A stretch of DNA of 64,000 bases, from assembly GCA_964016885.1 (NCBI GenBank), contig OZ024740.1:346332001-346396000 (forward strand). The letters run 5' to 3'. The DNA is from Eledone cirrhosa (taxonomy: Eukaryota). The notes under the pieces were generated by a model. The model ran no database searches and was not told the DNA's origin. It saw nothing but the letters and a program-made list of their open reading frames with translations. Position 1 is the first letter of the stretch. Each line of letters begins with the position of its first letter. Positions 11,996-27,409 of the stretch are shown here, piece by piece. The translations under genes and the position numbers were made by a program.

Positions 11996-12946
11996 AAAAT
12001 CGCAGTCGGTTTTATGGGACTAAAAATTAGCTCAACGCATGGAGCCGAGAATATTATATATATAGTTATAAACTCAAATAGTCTTTTACAATTAAATAGC
12101 TCAAAGGAAGGAATATTTCTGAGCCGTGTAATACAAATGAATATATGATAGGGATAAACACTCATACAAGTATACATCTGTTCGCATTGCAAATGACCAA
12201 GTTAGCTAGATTGAAAAATACTAATTAAAATATTACGGGTTGCCTGTCTCGATTTAAAATAATAAATCAATAAAAACAAACCTATATTGGCAATAGCCCT
12301 GATACCTGGACAAATTTTAAATTTTAAATTTTAAATTTGTTTCGCAACAATTAATTGAAAGTTCCTATTCCTGTGCTCTTCTGCAAGTATCCAGAAATTG
12401 GTACGTTTTACTTCAAAATACTTAAGAAGACTGAGTTCATTTGTATTACACGGCTCAGAAATATTCCTTTCTTTGAGTTATTTAATTGTAAAAGACTATT
12501 TGAGTTTATAACTCTATATATAATATTCTCGGCTCCATACGTTGAGCTAATTGTTAGTCCCATAAAACCGGCTGCTATTTTTAGCGGCACGAGTATGGGA
12601 CATGCTAGGCGCTGTGACACGTGCTTTCAACAACACATTTCTCTCAGTCTTCTTAAGTATTTTGAAGTGAAACTTACCAATTTCTGGATACCTGCAGAAG
12701 AGCACAGGAATAGGAACATTCACTTAATTGTGGCGAAACAAATTTAAAATTAAAAATTTTAAATGTGTCCAGGTATCACGGCTATTACCAATATAGGTTT
12801 GTTTTTATTGATTTATTATTTTAAATCGAGACAGGCAAACCATATTATTTTAATTAGTATTTTTCAATCTAGCAAACTTGGTCATTTGCAATGCGAACAC
12901 ACACATGTATACTTGTATCAGTGTTTATCCCTATCATATATTCATT

Positions 12947-12950
<4 letters not shown>
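11996..12950. mobile_element. HHR family C element (~505-bp unit plus an inverted permuted copy)
   Basis: ttcatttgta at 12436 recurs at 12941; 11996-12435 is the reverse complement of 12643-12940 joined to 12436-12580. Confidence 0.85.
12687..12777 (+). ncRNA. Hammerhead-like fold with an A4 core (mirror copy 12301-12391 on minus)
   Basis: gatacctg-CAGAAGA-gcaca..tgtggc-GAAA-long AT stem III-GTC-caggtatc; 8-bp stem I. Confidence 0.7.
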
Positions 12951-13002
<52 letters not shown>

Positions 13003-13106
13003 TATATAGTGGTAGAACACTGGAAGGTAATATCCGTAGTGGTAGAACACGCAGTCCATGGGACGAGTTAGGTAGAAGTGGTTACACAACAGTTAGTTCA
13101 CCATAC

Positions 13107-13144
13107 CGAGAACAATTGTTTCACCTTAGCGGATCCTCAGCTCG
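13107..13144 (-). ncRNA. Minimal type I hammerhead ribozyme
   Basis: cgag-CTGAGGA-tccgctaaggt-GAAA-caattg-TT-ctcg; lies inside a 34-bp inverted repeat (13074-13107 / 13223-13256). Confidence 0.7.
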
Positions 13145-13257
13145 TAATGGACATGGTTATTCGGATTGAATTACAACAACATATCAATTTTCCTATCAAC
13201 TACAAACTTTGAAAGCTTCTAGTATGGTGAACTAACTGTTGTGTAACCACTTCTATA

Positions 13258-13619
13258 TAGAAACTGGAGAAAAAGCGCACGTATGCTCCGCGCTGCTTTA
13301 AACGCCTCTTGGAGGGAAAACCCAACAAATAAGGATCTCTATGGCAATATACCACCTATCAGCAGGTCAATACGTGGACAGAGACTCAGATTTGCTGGCC
13401 ACTGTTGGCGCAGCAAGGAAGAAATAGCAGGCGATGTGTTCTTATGGAGTCTATCTCATGGAGCAAGAAAGGCTGGTCGTCCCAAGAAGACATACGTCAA
13501 GCAACCTGAGGACGATACTGGATGCACAGCGGAAGAACTGGCAAACGCTATGAGAAACAGAGATGGATGGAGGAAACGTGTCGTAGAAAGCCGAGCAAGC
13601 TCGACCTGATGATGATGAT
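13258..13619 (+). mobile_element. 3' end of an RTE-clade LINE
   Basis: ORF 13283-13609 MLRAALN.SW..TNKDLY..RLRFAGHCWR..GRPKKTY..RDGWRKRV, followed by a (GAT)n tail. Confidence 0.9.
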
Positions 13620-14309
13620 ATATATATATAGTGGTTCCTCCACAAATGTTGCAATCTAGGACGGACGAGACCAATTTCAGGTTTCATTGAAATTTTAACG
13701 ACTATCTGTTCTCCACAGAGTTAATAATTGCTTGATTTTGTTTCGTCATTCCCAATTCAGGAAAGTATCATACTACTGATTTTGAATTTAGGCTTAACAA
13801 TTTTAATGTATGAGCTGAGTGATATTCGTACACACGTTCAACAGACTGCTCTATATTTTACTATTTATTCGCTTCTATAAAATAAATAATGACAGTCGTA
13901 TTAATACTGATGTAATACTGCTAATTGTTTTGCTGTGCTCCACATAATAAAATGGCAGTTATGCATTTTCATTCAATATTCCAAATTATGTAACACTATC
14001 ACTCACGGATAATAGTCAAACCATTCAACAAATCTACGTAAGGGTTTTGGTTTCTAATAATTCTATGATATTTTACGGCATATACTCCACCAATGACCTC
14101 GCAACACTCTTAAATCTCCTTGTTTCTTCTTCGCATAGAATAGTGTTTCTGTCCAAACAAGTTCATTATTTGTTCTAGATTTAATTTTGGTCAATGTGTT
14201 TTTTCTTTTCATCTTACTTTGTGACAGTTTTTGTTTTTCCTTTTCGTCTAGACGCCCCCTCCCTCCCTCACGTTTTACAGTTTTATATTATTTGTTACAC
14301 ACACACACG

Positions 14310-14348
<39 letters not shown>

Positions 14349-14387
14349 TATATATATATATTATATATATATATATTATATATATAT

Positions 14388-14559
<172 letters not shown>

Positions 14560-15721
14560 TATTAAGTTTCTTTTTATGTTCTTGCAGTCTATCGTATTTA
14601 CAAAGAATCTTACAGTCTTATCACAAATTTTATTGCCAGATTAGTTTCGTTGCCAATTTCTAAGCTCACCAATGATCACTATGAATCGTATTATGACGGA
14701 TTACGTAGGTGCATAGGTAATTAGATCTGAGATCAAGAAGAAAAATTCAAACCACGTAGACAGTGGAAAGATTGTGAAATATACCTTTCAAAATGTCTGC
14801 CATTGTAGCGATTCTCTATTTCTAATCTATATTACGTCTGAGTCATGATGTTACAGAAGACTTCAGTTTCCAAAGTGAAATACGGGCAAAATATAGGAAA
14901 AATTACGTTTACTGTCTGGGGTTGAACAATTGTTTATTGTGAAAGGAAATAACTAGCTAGATGAAGTTTTTTTGATAAATTATTTCAATAAGATACTAGA
15001 CAAATTATTTTCAGTTTTCACACTATCCTTGTTTTCTGAGATGAAATCATCTGAAAGTTGTTCTTATTTTCTTACAATGACATTTAGTAGATTCAAACTA
15101 TGAATCCTGTTTATATTTGTCTGAAAAAAAAAGGGAAAAGACCATAACATTTTGACTCTTCACGGACTCAAATTGGGAGTTGCCTAAAATATACCTACTT
15201 TGGAAAAAGAGCTAAATCCACACAGGTGCTGGGACTCTAAATATTCGTGCCAAGTTGGCAGCATCATTAGGATATGTGATGTTTTACCTGCTCGATAACT
15301 ATCACTTCACTGTTAGGAAATAGCCTGGAAGCAAGAAAATGTTCATTAAAGTTTGTGGATGGTATAAAGTGACCGTTGAGTTTTAAATGCAGCAGACGGG
15401 GCAAGGAAGGTAAATTCGAGCCGAATAATTGAAGGTATTTTTTAATGATAAGATACGTTTTGAGAGGAGTTGATTGTATAGAAATGATGGTATTATCCGT
15501 TTAAAAGATATTTGCATCTACAGTATACAGATGGCGAGGAACGTAGTGCGCATTTTGTTTATTATACATGATGAATTATATATGAATATTCGGGCTAACA
15601 AATTGGGTTTCGGAGTTTCATTTACAACAATTATGTTTACGTATAATAATATACAGTATAGTAAAACAGTATCGTAAGCAAATTATACGCTAATTGTTGC
15701 GTCCATTTTATAATAACATAC

Positions 15722-15790
<69 letters not shown>

Positions 15791-15864
15791 TATACATATA
15801 GATATATGATGTATTCTCAAGTCGATTTCGACATATGAAGATTCAAACAAACTATTCAATTCAC

Positions 15865-16180
15865 TTAGATTGGATGTTTATATCGGGTACGGCATTTTAG
15901 ACCTGCAATATTTGCAATCAAATCCACACATCGTACAAGAGTGGGGATTACTGGACAATGCTGCTTGTATGTATGATAAAACTTTTCTCCCCTCCTGCAC
16001 TCGACGTTCTTGATCCCATTATGATACACGTATCTCCAGTTCTTTCTCTCCAAATATCTCTTGTTGCTGAAAGGTTGCTCTTCAGCTTTGTTAGTATCTG
16101 AGCCATGGCCGTTCAACATTTCTGTATCTACAATGAAGCTGCTTGTCCATGAGTACTTTTGATACTCTTTTGTCAATTCG
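15865..16180 (-). mobile_element. Decayed RTE-like LINE C-terminus
   Basis: WRYVYHNGIKNVECRR..C..IAGLKC pattern resembling the RTE C-terminal region with a zinc knuckle. Confidence 0.45.
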
Positions 16181-16236
16181 TCTCATTACATGACTAGACC
16201 AGTCATTTTAAAGAAATGTTTAAATGCCTCTAATTA

Positions 16237-17950
16237 CACCGTGTAAAATTTTTTTTGTTCCCCGGTTCTAAGTGTCATTTCCTGGTTTGTTATATCCCAT
16301 TATTATTTAATCAGAAGTTTGGGTTTGTGGTCAGGAGTTTGATATTTCGAAATTTCATATTTTTCAAGAAAAAACACACTTTTCTTTTTATTTATCAGTT
16401 CATATAATTAAATCAACAGAGTATATATTTATTTTATTACACTAGCTTATCAAAAGCAAACAAGTAAAAACAAATAACACATATAAAGCAACTTATACAC
16501 GTCAGAAACGACTGGATTTCCTGGATTTGCGGTTGTAGTTCAGGTCGCATTCCCGCACTATCCCCCAGATATAGTCCCCCATCATTTTTTCATTGTAGTG
16601 GCCCTGGTACCTCCGATCTATCCTTTCACATCTTGGTGGAATCGTTCGCCTTGTTCTTCTGAGTAGGCGCCCATATTGTCCTTGAAATTTTCCAGGTGAG
16701 CGTCCAGCATATGGAGTTTAAGCGACATCCTGCATCCCATGGCGCCAAAAGCCTTTATCAGATCCTGCACCAGTTACTGGTAGTTTTCAGCTCTGTAGTT
16801 GTCCAGGAAGCCCTTAACAACTGCCTTGAAACAGTTCCATGCTGTTCTCTCAATCCTATTGAGCTTATTGGAGCACTCGGTAGACTCAAACACCTTCTTT
16901 ATCTGAGGTCCAACAAAAATTCCACCTTTGATTTTGGCCTCAGACAACTTGGGGAAGAAGTCAAGAAGGTAATTAAAAGCGGCTGATTCTTGGTTGAGAG
17001 CCTTCACAAACAGCTTCATCAACCCCAACTTAATGTGCAGTGGCGGCATGAGCACAATCTTGGGATCAACCAGTGGCTCCCAGATGACGTTCCGGGTCCC
17101 AACTACAAATTCTGTTCGCTGCTCCCAGTTCTTTCTTTTGTAGTGGTCAGAGGTGGTTCTGCTGTCCCAAATGCAGAGGAAGCATTGGATTTTGATAAAG
17201 CCTCCTTGGAGTCCAAAGCAGGAAAGCCACCATCTTGAAGTCTCCAATGATTTCCCAATTGTACTGGCTGTATTGCAGAGCTTCCAAGAGGACTTTCACA
17301 CTGTAGTAATCTTCCTTCAGGCAGACTGAATGAGCTAGGGGAAGTGTCGGGAACTTGTTTTCATTGTGGAGGAGGACAGCCTTCAAACTTGTGGTGGAGC
17401 TGTCTATAAATAGCCGCCACTCCTCGGGCACAAACGGCACCCCAATAACGTCAAACAGTCCAGGCACGTCATGGCAAAAGCAGAGACCATCCCTAAGAGT
17501 GTAAAAGCCTGAGAAAGGTTCGTGTCGACTTCTTTGACTTGTCACCTGCACTTCTTCCTTGACCAAGTTCCACTGATTCATCCTGGAGACGAATGCTTAA
17601 AACACCCTTAATTCAGGAAACGAAAATCCAGTATCAATAAATCTCTTTAATCCACTTTTTAACAATTTTATACTTTATTGCACTTTTATAATTTTCTTTA
17701 GGTATTACTCTTTATTTTATAATTTTAATTTAACCTGAAACATATATAAAAAAAATCATTTAACATAAGCAAATTAAACTTACACACAACGTAAAATCCA
17801 GCATACAAATAATTCTAGTGAATAGCTTAGAATGTTTACAAACCCAAACTTTTAACTGTTTAATAGCACCTTTTCATTTATTTGGGACCTAAGCAACACA
17901 AAAAGTGATTACAAGCCAGGAACAGAGAACATTTTTTTTGTTACACGGTG
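16237..17950 (-). mobile_element. Chapaev3-type (CMC) DNA transposon, internally deleted
   Basis: TIR CACCGTGTAA...TTACACGGTG with TTA on both sides (3-bp TWA TSD); contains a transposase remnant. Confidence 0.85.
16502..17595 (-). pseudogene. Chapaev3 transposase C-terminal part with frameshifts and stops
   Basis: EWRLFIDSS..LKAVLLHN; PPLHIKLGLMK..GIFVGPQIK; MSLKLHMLDAHL..SEEQGERFHQDV. Confidence 0.85.
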
Positions 17951-19159
17951 TTATACGCTTAGGGAAGAGATCAGCGTTGGATATTTTGCCTTCTACTATA
18001 TATAGATATGTATATATAGAAGTATATATATAAATATCACCAGGAAACACGTGACAAACCGCTCAACAATATTGCTTGATACAGATATTGTTTTTGTGTT
18101 TGCATGTGATTTTTAAATAGAATATGTTCTACGCGAAATATGTTATTTCGTTGAACGGAGATTGTTTAATATTTTCTTCATCGTGTCCGGGCATAAATTA
18201 TATTTGTTATGTGTCGTATCACAATTAAATGCAAATTGTGTAAATGATGTTTTATTGGATTTCTGGTGTCGAATGAAAGGTGTCTTATGTTCGAACTGAG
18301 CAGTTTCTATTAAAGCTACCATTTTTTACTAACTGTATTGTTGTAAGCCAAATTTATTCTATCCTAGCACATTCTCGTTCTTGTCTGTGATATTTATATC
18401 TTCTTCTTCCTCTTCCTCTTCCTCTTCCTCTTCTTCTTCTAAATTCGGTATAGTCCTTGCTGGAACACATATAGTTATAATCAAAACTGATATAGGATTA
18501 GACAATAGTTCTATCATTATTTCTACCAGTAGATATCTACAGACATAAAAATGTGCTAGAAACTGCAGTTGTATCTTTCATAAATCACTCAATACCTCTT
18601 TTTAAAAAACATCCTTCCGACAAAAAGAAAAACAAAAATCCCAATGATGAGGTAGATATACGTGTAGAGCTAGATTTTACTAATGAAAAAGAGTAATAAG
18701 TAATATCTTGCTACAAATACGAGACAAAATATCACTGAAATCTTACGGCTACAGGCTTCATAGACAATAGCAATATTAATAGCTAACTATATGATAAAAA
18801 TCAGGAAATGATCGGCCCTTATATATGTTAGAATATAATATGTTTATCTGATTAGATTATAATATATGTATCTATGTCATCAGGCTAGCTTTCTATTTAA
18901 TGTTCTTTTCAAAATATATTTTTACTGACATACTTTTTTTCATTATATTCTATTATACATAAATTCACTCGTATATGTGACACATGCTTCATCCATCCAT
19001 ACACATATACATGGATATATATATATGAATGTGTGTGAGTGTGTTCGATTATATTGTGTGAGAGTGTTGTGTGTGAGTGTGAGCGAGTATATTGTGTGAG
19101 AGTGTCGTGTGTGAGTGTGTATATGATAAATATTTAAACTACATATAAAACACACCCCT

Positions 19160-19340
19160 TAATGGTTTGAGCTTTGGATTTGCAATCGTGAGGCTGTGAT
19201 TTCGAGATTGGGGCAGGGTGAAGTGTTGTGTCCTTGAACAAGACACTTAATTTCACATTCTTCCAGTATACTCAACTGTAGAAATGAGTTGCGATGTCAC
19301 TGGTGCAAAGCTGTATCGGCCATTGTCTTTACCTTGCAAA
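19160..19340 (+). mobile_element. Degenerate tRNA-SINE of a third family (related copy 21725-21887 on minus)
   Basis: gtgttgtgtccttgaacaagacact..ccagtatactcaactgtagaaatgag core shared with the reverse complement of 21745-21810. Confidence 0.6.
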
Positions 19341-19510
19341 AATAGCTGGCGTAGGCAGGGAAAATCAGCTTGACTGTGATGGTGGTGTAATCTTCTAGTT
19401 AAAATCGATACTCCAGACGCGTTTCACATGGAATATTTGCATTTAGTATATTATATTAATGGATGGAACGGTGCCAAATAGCGAGATTCTTGAAATATGG
19501 AATATAAATG

Positions 19511-19700
19511 GTAATTGTTTCTACTTTAGGCACAAGGCTAGCAATTACCCAGTGCATTACTGGTACTTTATTTTATCGACCCCGTAAGGATGAAGGGCAA
19601 AGTCAACCGCGGCGGGATTTGAACTCAGATCGTAAAGGGACGTAACTATGCTGGAAAGCATGGCGTCCGACCCTCTACCGATACTGCCAATCCACTGCCC
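19511..19700 (-). mobile_element. tRNA-derived SINE, full length, with TSD
   Basis: B-box ctgagttcaaatccc; core gcccttcatccttacggggtcgataaaataaagtaccag; TSD atataaatggtaat. Confidence 0.9.
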
Positions 19701-20260
19701 TTATATAAATAGTAATGGTATATATAAATGGTAATGTGTGGAAGATACTAGACATCCTAAAATATTCCTTGATGTTCAACTCACAAATCTCCCCCTAGTC
19801 GGAAGTAACGTACAATGAAAACCCCAAGGAATGTCTGAAATATCTTATATTTGATTTACAAACTTGTGTCAAGCTAAACATAGGTAGTGCATTCAAAAGG
19901 CCTGCCAATTTCAAAAAAACATATTTGTAATTTAACAGTATACAGCACTATAAATCAAATGGTTGTTCTATGAAGCCGGTTATAATATACGTGCCAAAAT
20001 TGATGCAGGTCTAATGTCGGTTTTCGTAAAATATAACACGCCAAAACACATAACGGTTTACACGAGGCCTCATCATTTCACAAGAGTATATTTCAACAAA
20101 ATAATTCAAATTAATTTTTTTAAATAATTAATTTGTCAAAATTTCTAAATTTTTTTCCCCCGACATCTTGTATTTGTACATTTGGTTACATATACAGATC
20201 GAGTAATTATTGTATTACTGTTCGTCATTGAGTGTTGATGTGTCATTCACGACGAGACAG

Positions 20261-20299
<39 letters not shown>

Positions 20300-20330
20300 A
20301 AAGAATAGAGGTGTAACACACAAGTTATTA

Positions 20331-20653
20331 TATATTGGTAAACGGAATAGAAAATGCTGACAAATTGTTCACAGTTGAAAAATGGTTTAATTACGAATAA
20401 AAGAGTATTAGTGATTGTATGGGTTAGTATTCTGTTGTGGTTTTAAGCTTTTAAGTTTTTACCGGAGCAAACAACACGGACACTCTATCTCAAAATTATT
20501 TTTGAAAAGCATTTAGAAATGCGCAACCGGTAAAAACTCAAAAACTTAAAACCACAACAGAATACTAACCCATACAATCACTAATACTCTTTTATTCGTA
20601 ATTAAACCATTTTTCAACTGTGAACAGTTTGTCAGCATTTTCTATTCCGTTTA

Positions 20654-20661
<8 letters not shown>
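20331..20661. repeat. Fold-back element of family D (HHR-like fold at 20499-20535 on plus)
   Basis: Arms 20331-20465 and 20527-20661; TA-flanked; homologous to 46929-47314. Confidence 0.9.
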
Positions 20662-20718
<57 letters not shown>

Positions 20719-21139
20719 ACATATGTTTCTGAGGGCGGTGGGGGTGATCATGTGTATATATACTATATACAAATATAGATACATAATATATAGATAGTTT
20801 ATATATATATGTGTGTGTGTGCATGCGCTAATACGATCATACATATAATCATATATACATATACATATGAATACATACATACAAACATACATATATACAT
20901 ACAAGCATACATACATCGACACGTACATACAAACATACATACACACAAACGTACATACATATTAATACATACACGCATATGTACGTATGAACATACATGA
21001 ATAATATGAGAGTATGCCACGTCTGATATAGCAGCTGTCTTAGGAAATTGTTTATTGTGTTTTATTGTTTCGGATTGCAAATGGAAAAATCAGTTCTTAG
21101 ATGAAAAAAATAAATCTGGTTAGACTAAGAAATATGCTG

Positions 21140-21185
<46 letters not shown>

Positions 21186-21556
21186 TTTTATTTCCATATA
21201 TATTTTCATCAAGGGCCCCTGGCAATAGCAAAATATATTCGCAATAAGGACGTATTATCTTTCACTGTCTCGCATGTATAGAGAGACGTGATTTCAATTT
21301 CAAGATAGAAATGGTGTAGGATTCGTTTTAACAAACGGACATATATCAGATATATATTTGACATTGAGGATTTATGTATTCTTTACCCTCTCCTGAAGTT
21401 ATAAATCGGAGTACACTATGTTTTGCATGTCTATCAGTCTGCTTGTCGATTTGACTTTATCTATATGTTTTTCTATATATATGTATGCAAGTATGTATAT
21501 ATGTATGTATCTATCTGTTTACTCTCCTCTCTCTCTGGCTCTGTATAAATATATAT

Positions 21557-21720
21557 CATCATCATTTTACGTCCACTTTTCCCTGCTTGCAAGGGTGAGA
21601 CGGGAACTGATTCTGGCTTGATTTCTATATCTGGATGCCCTTCCTAACACCAACCTCATTTACAGTGAGTGGTGGGTGGTTTTTACCATAGAACCTCCAC
21701 GACCACTATGCAGTGGAATG
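21557..21720 (-). mobile_element. Short retroposon with a (GAT)n tail (related copy 53663-53995)
   Basis: catcatcattttacgtcc..ggaactgatt..ggatgcccttcctaacaccaacctcatttacagtg shared by both loci. Confidence 0.65.
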
Positions 21721-21920
21721 ATAGGGACCCCAGTCCCTATCATCTCATTTCTACAGCTGAGTAAACTGGATCAATGTGAAATGAAGTGTCTTGCTTAAGG
21801 AAACAACACATAACCCGGTCTGAAAATTGAACTCACAACCTTTCGATTGCAAGCCCATTGCTCTAACCACTAAGCCATGTGCCTCCATATATATATGGTG
21901 GCACATGGCCTAATGGTATA

Positions 21921-22560
<640 letters not shown>

Positions 22561-24249
22561 TATATACATATATATATATACATATATACATATACATACA
22601 TATATATACACACACACATATATATATATATATATAGTCGTTGGCGACTAAACTGGCAACCCCACCAAGGTTTCTTGGTGAGGAGGGTGACTTTGGACAT
22701 CCTGCAGGACTAAATATATATATATATATACATACATACATACATACATATATAACAGGATGGATGCAGTAAAAACCTAGTGAGACCATCACTCACCAGA
22801 GTACTTGGGTTGGAAGTGTGTTGTAATATGAAGGGTTCAGGATCCCGACGCCTGAGCTCAGCCGTTGGGGTCCCGAATATATATGTATATACAGTACAAT
22901 ATATAGAGAAGAAAACACAGAAGGGTATGTTTTCAATTATGCACATGTTTTCGTCTCTTATCTCAACATATTGCTATATTTCAGTTGTCTAATGTCTCTT
23001 TAGAAGTGTCGACCATATTGTCTTTACACCTGCCGATGAGCCTTGGGAGGTTATGTTACCGACACTGTTTATTGCAAGAATATTCTCTTCTTTGAGTTTG
23101 TTCAGGTGATTTATAGTTATAAAGGTTATTGAGTGTGCGCGCATGTGTATGTGTGTGTTATTTTGTGTGTGTATATATATGTATGCATGTATGTGAATGT
23201 GTGTTTTTTTGTGTGTATATATAAATATATACATGTGTGCGCGCGTGTGTGTCTGTGTGTAAATATACATATAATACATGCGAATATGTTATTCTAAGTA
23301 AGGGCTCTTATGTAAACGAAAACAAAACATGCTAGCCTGGAAGATGGACGTTTAAACGATGATGCTCATGATGACGATTATGATCAGTTTGCTACCCAGT
23401 AAAACTGACAAGAGTTATTATTGATATTTCGGACTAACTCGTTGTTCGTAACATAGGGTGAGAACATTGAAATTAAGACCAAGGAAAAAATGTAAACATT
23501 AAGGTTTTAGGTGGATTAGCCATGACCTATCTAAAGTTTTCAAGAGTTGATGACGGCATTCTGCCTAGAAAACTATGTATCTACCACTGGTGTATGGGAG
23601 AAGCTGCTAGAGAATAAGTAAACAGACGAATGTTGTTATTATGGATGAAGTGCAGTGAAAAGAAGTTCCATTTATTAGAGTGTTTAATCCACTTTCCTTC
23701 ATAAATGACATCATATTTATCATAAATCATAGCTTAGTAAAGCGTTGGCAGTTGTCATTTAACTAAGGATTGTTAACATTGGAGTAGACCTCAAGAAAGA
23801 CCTACAAGCTGATTTATGTGCTGATACGATTGGTGGAATAGAACAGTATCCTGATCTAAGAAGAAATCTTAATATGCATAATCCACACTGGAAAGGTGGA
23901 TGCACTTAAAAAAACATATTCTCTGCACCCTGAAAACCTTATGTTAGTATCATAAAACGTCAGAAACGTATAACTCTCGATAATGTGCTAAACTGGGGCA
24001 TCTACACAAAACGTAATTCCGACATACAAAAGCAAACCATACTGTCCATGGAAACTTTTTATAAAGAAATACTCGAAAGCCTACCAACACCCTGTTAGGT
24101 TTTGGCCAACAACACTGTCCTACTCCAGTAGGATGTTTTGTCCCAAACTATAGCTGAAATATGAAATATGATTTGGAACAGTTCACCACGAACTTAGACA
24201 TGACTTAGGCCAATACTGTCCAAAACCTATCAATTTACATGAACATATA

Positions 24250-24313
<64 letters not shown>

Positions 24314-24548
24314 AATAAAGTTTCAGCGAGAATCGCATTACGTCGGGCAGGAAAAGCGAAGCGGAACGCAAAAATCAGAAATGAAACTGGCAGATGCTCA
24401 ATAGTTAAAAACCAGAATTAAACAATGTGTTAAGAAGCCATACAAAACTGAAAAGGTGGTCAAGAAGGCATTAACCACCCAAGCCAAAAACCAAATCAAG
24501 CTAAACAAGTCAAAACAAAATAAATGCTAAAAAATAAATGATAACCAG

Positions 24549-24680
24549 ACCTGCACTCCCGGAATTGCTGTTAAAATCCGATGTAGAGTTTCTGTGACAC
24601 CTAAATCAAAATACAGTCTGCTTAAAATTATAAGCTTTAGGTATCCTGATCGAACAAGGAATATCACGTTATCAACAGGT
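24549..24680 (-). ncRNA. Hammerhead fold with a U3-A8 core and G at position 17 (probably inactive), in TA-flanked insert 24311-24680
   Basis: acctg-TTGATAA-cgtgata..tgtcaca-GAAA-ctc..gag-TG-caggt. Confidence 0.6.
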
Positions 24681-24694
24681 ATATATATATATAT

Positions 24695-24746
<52 letters not shown>

Positions 24747-24759
<13 letters not shown>

Positions 24760-24858
24760 AGGGTGTGGGTGAGTATGTGTCTGTATGTGTGTCTGTGCGT
24801 GTGTGTGAGTGGTTGTTCGTGAAAAAAAGTGACCATACACATTCATATGCATACGTAC

Positions 24859-24894
<36 letters not shown>

Positions 24895-24895
24895 A

Positions 24896-24964
<69 letters not shown>

Positions 24965-25078
24965 GTATGTATGCATATGAATGTGTATGCTCAATTTTTT
25001 TCACGAACAACGACACTCACACACACGCACAGACACACATACAGACACATACTCACCCACACCCTCACACACACACAT
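24747..25078. repeat. Inverted duplication centred on a TA-rich microsatellite
   Basis: 24747-24860 is the reverse complement of ~24960-25078 with a few differences. Confidence 0.85.
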
Positions 25079-25094
25079 ATATATATATATGTAT

Positions 25095-25574
25095 ATAAGT
25101 ATGTATAAGTACATACATATATGTATACAGACGTACAGTAGTATGTATATATATACATACATGCACACATATATATATATGTACGTATGGATTTACCGAA
25201 AATGCTATATAATGCTCGGTTTGTTTGTAAACAAACATCCCGAATTAATCCGTACAGTGTTTAGCAACCATCGTTGCCCTTTTGTTCAACACTGACAAAG
25301 GCACGATGTACTAGTTTCAAGCTTATTAGCTATCGTCAGCACCGTATACCTTCCTACCAGATGATTGGGATGTTTGTTTACAAACAAACCGAGCATTATA
25401 ATAAATGTTCGGTAAATCCATACGTACATATATATATGTGTGCATGTATGTATATATAAAACATACTACTGTACGCCTGTATACATATATGTATGTACGT
25501 ATACATACTTATATTTAAGTAACAAGTAACAGTCGTACCAATAATGAGAAATGAAATTTCGTTTCGTTTTTTCC

Positions 25575-25577
<3 letters not shown>
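25095..25577. mobile_element. HHR family A fold-back element
   Basis: Inversion at ~25368; HHR acggtg-CTGACGA-tagctaataagctt-GAAA-ctag-TA-catcgt at 25303-25345 (-). Confidence 0.9.
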
Positions 25578-25659
<82 letters not shown>

Positions 25660-25794
25660 AAGTAAAATAAGTAAGTCCAATCTTTACAACAAACATATTC
25701 TCAAAATCTATACTGAAAATCTCTCTCTCTATATATAAATTACTCTTTTACCTGTTTCAGCCATCCGGCTGAGGTCATGCTGGGGCATATTAGA

Positions 25795-26749
<955 letters not shown>

Positions 26750-27238
26750 CATATACATATATATATATACATACATATATATATATATATAGGCGCAGAC
26801 ATGCACGCACACAAGTACACATGTATATACAGTAGCGGCTGTGAAATGCAACTACGCTTTGTTGTTTGTACATCATAAATAACAAAACGATCTGCACGGA
26901 ACATTCTAATTACAAGTAGCCATCATGTGAAGCGCAATGAAAAATATCATTGGTGTAATAAAACTGCGATTGGATACGAAGCTTATCTGAAATGTGTGCG
27001 TGTATAAAAGCCTAGTGAGATATGTGTTTGTGTGTATTTGTATCAGCGTACGACTGTTGTGCTCTGGATAAAGTCTTCGCGTGCGTGTAACCTATGTCCA
27101 ACACAACTGCAGTTTGATTCACGAGTCAACGTGATATCGTCACGTCGCTGGACTGTCTAGTCTGTCAATGGTGTTGTATATCATTACTAGCAAACATCTC
27201 TCTTACACTCGAGCTCTCAATCCCTCTCTCTGTCGTAC

Positions 27239-27409
<171 letters not shown>

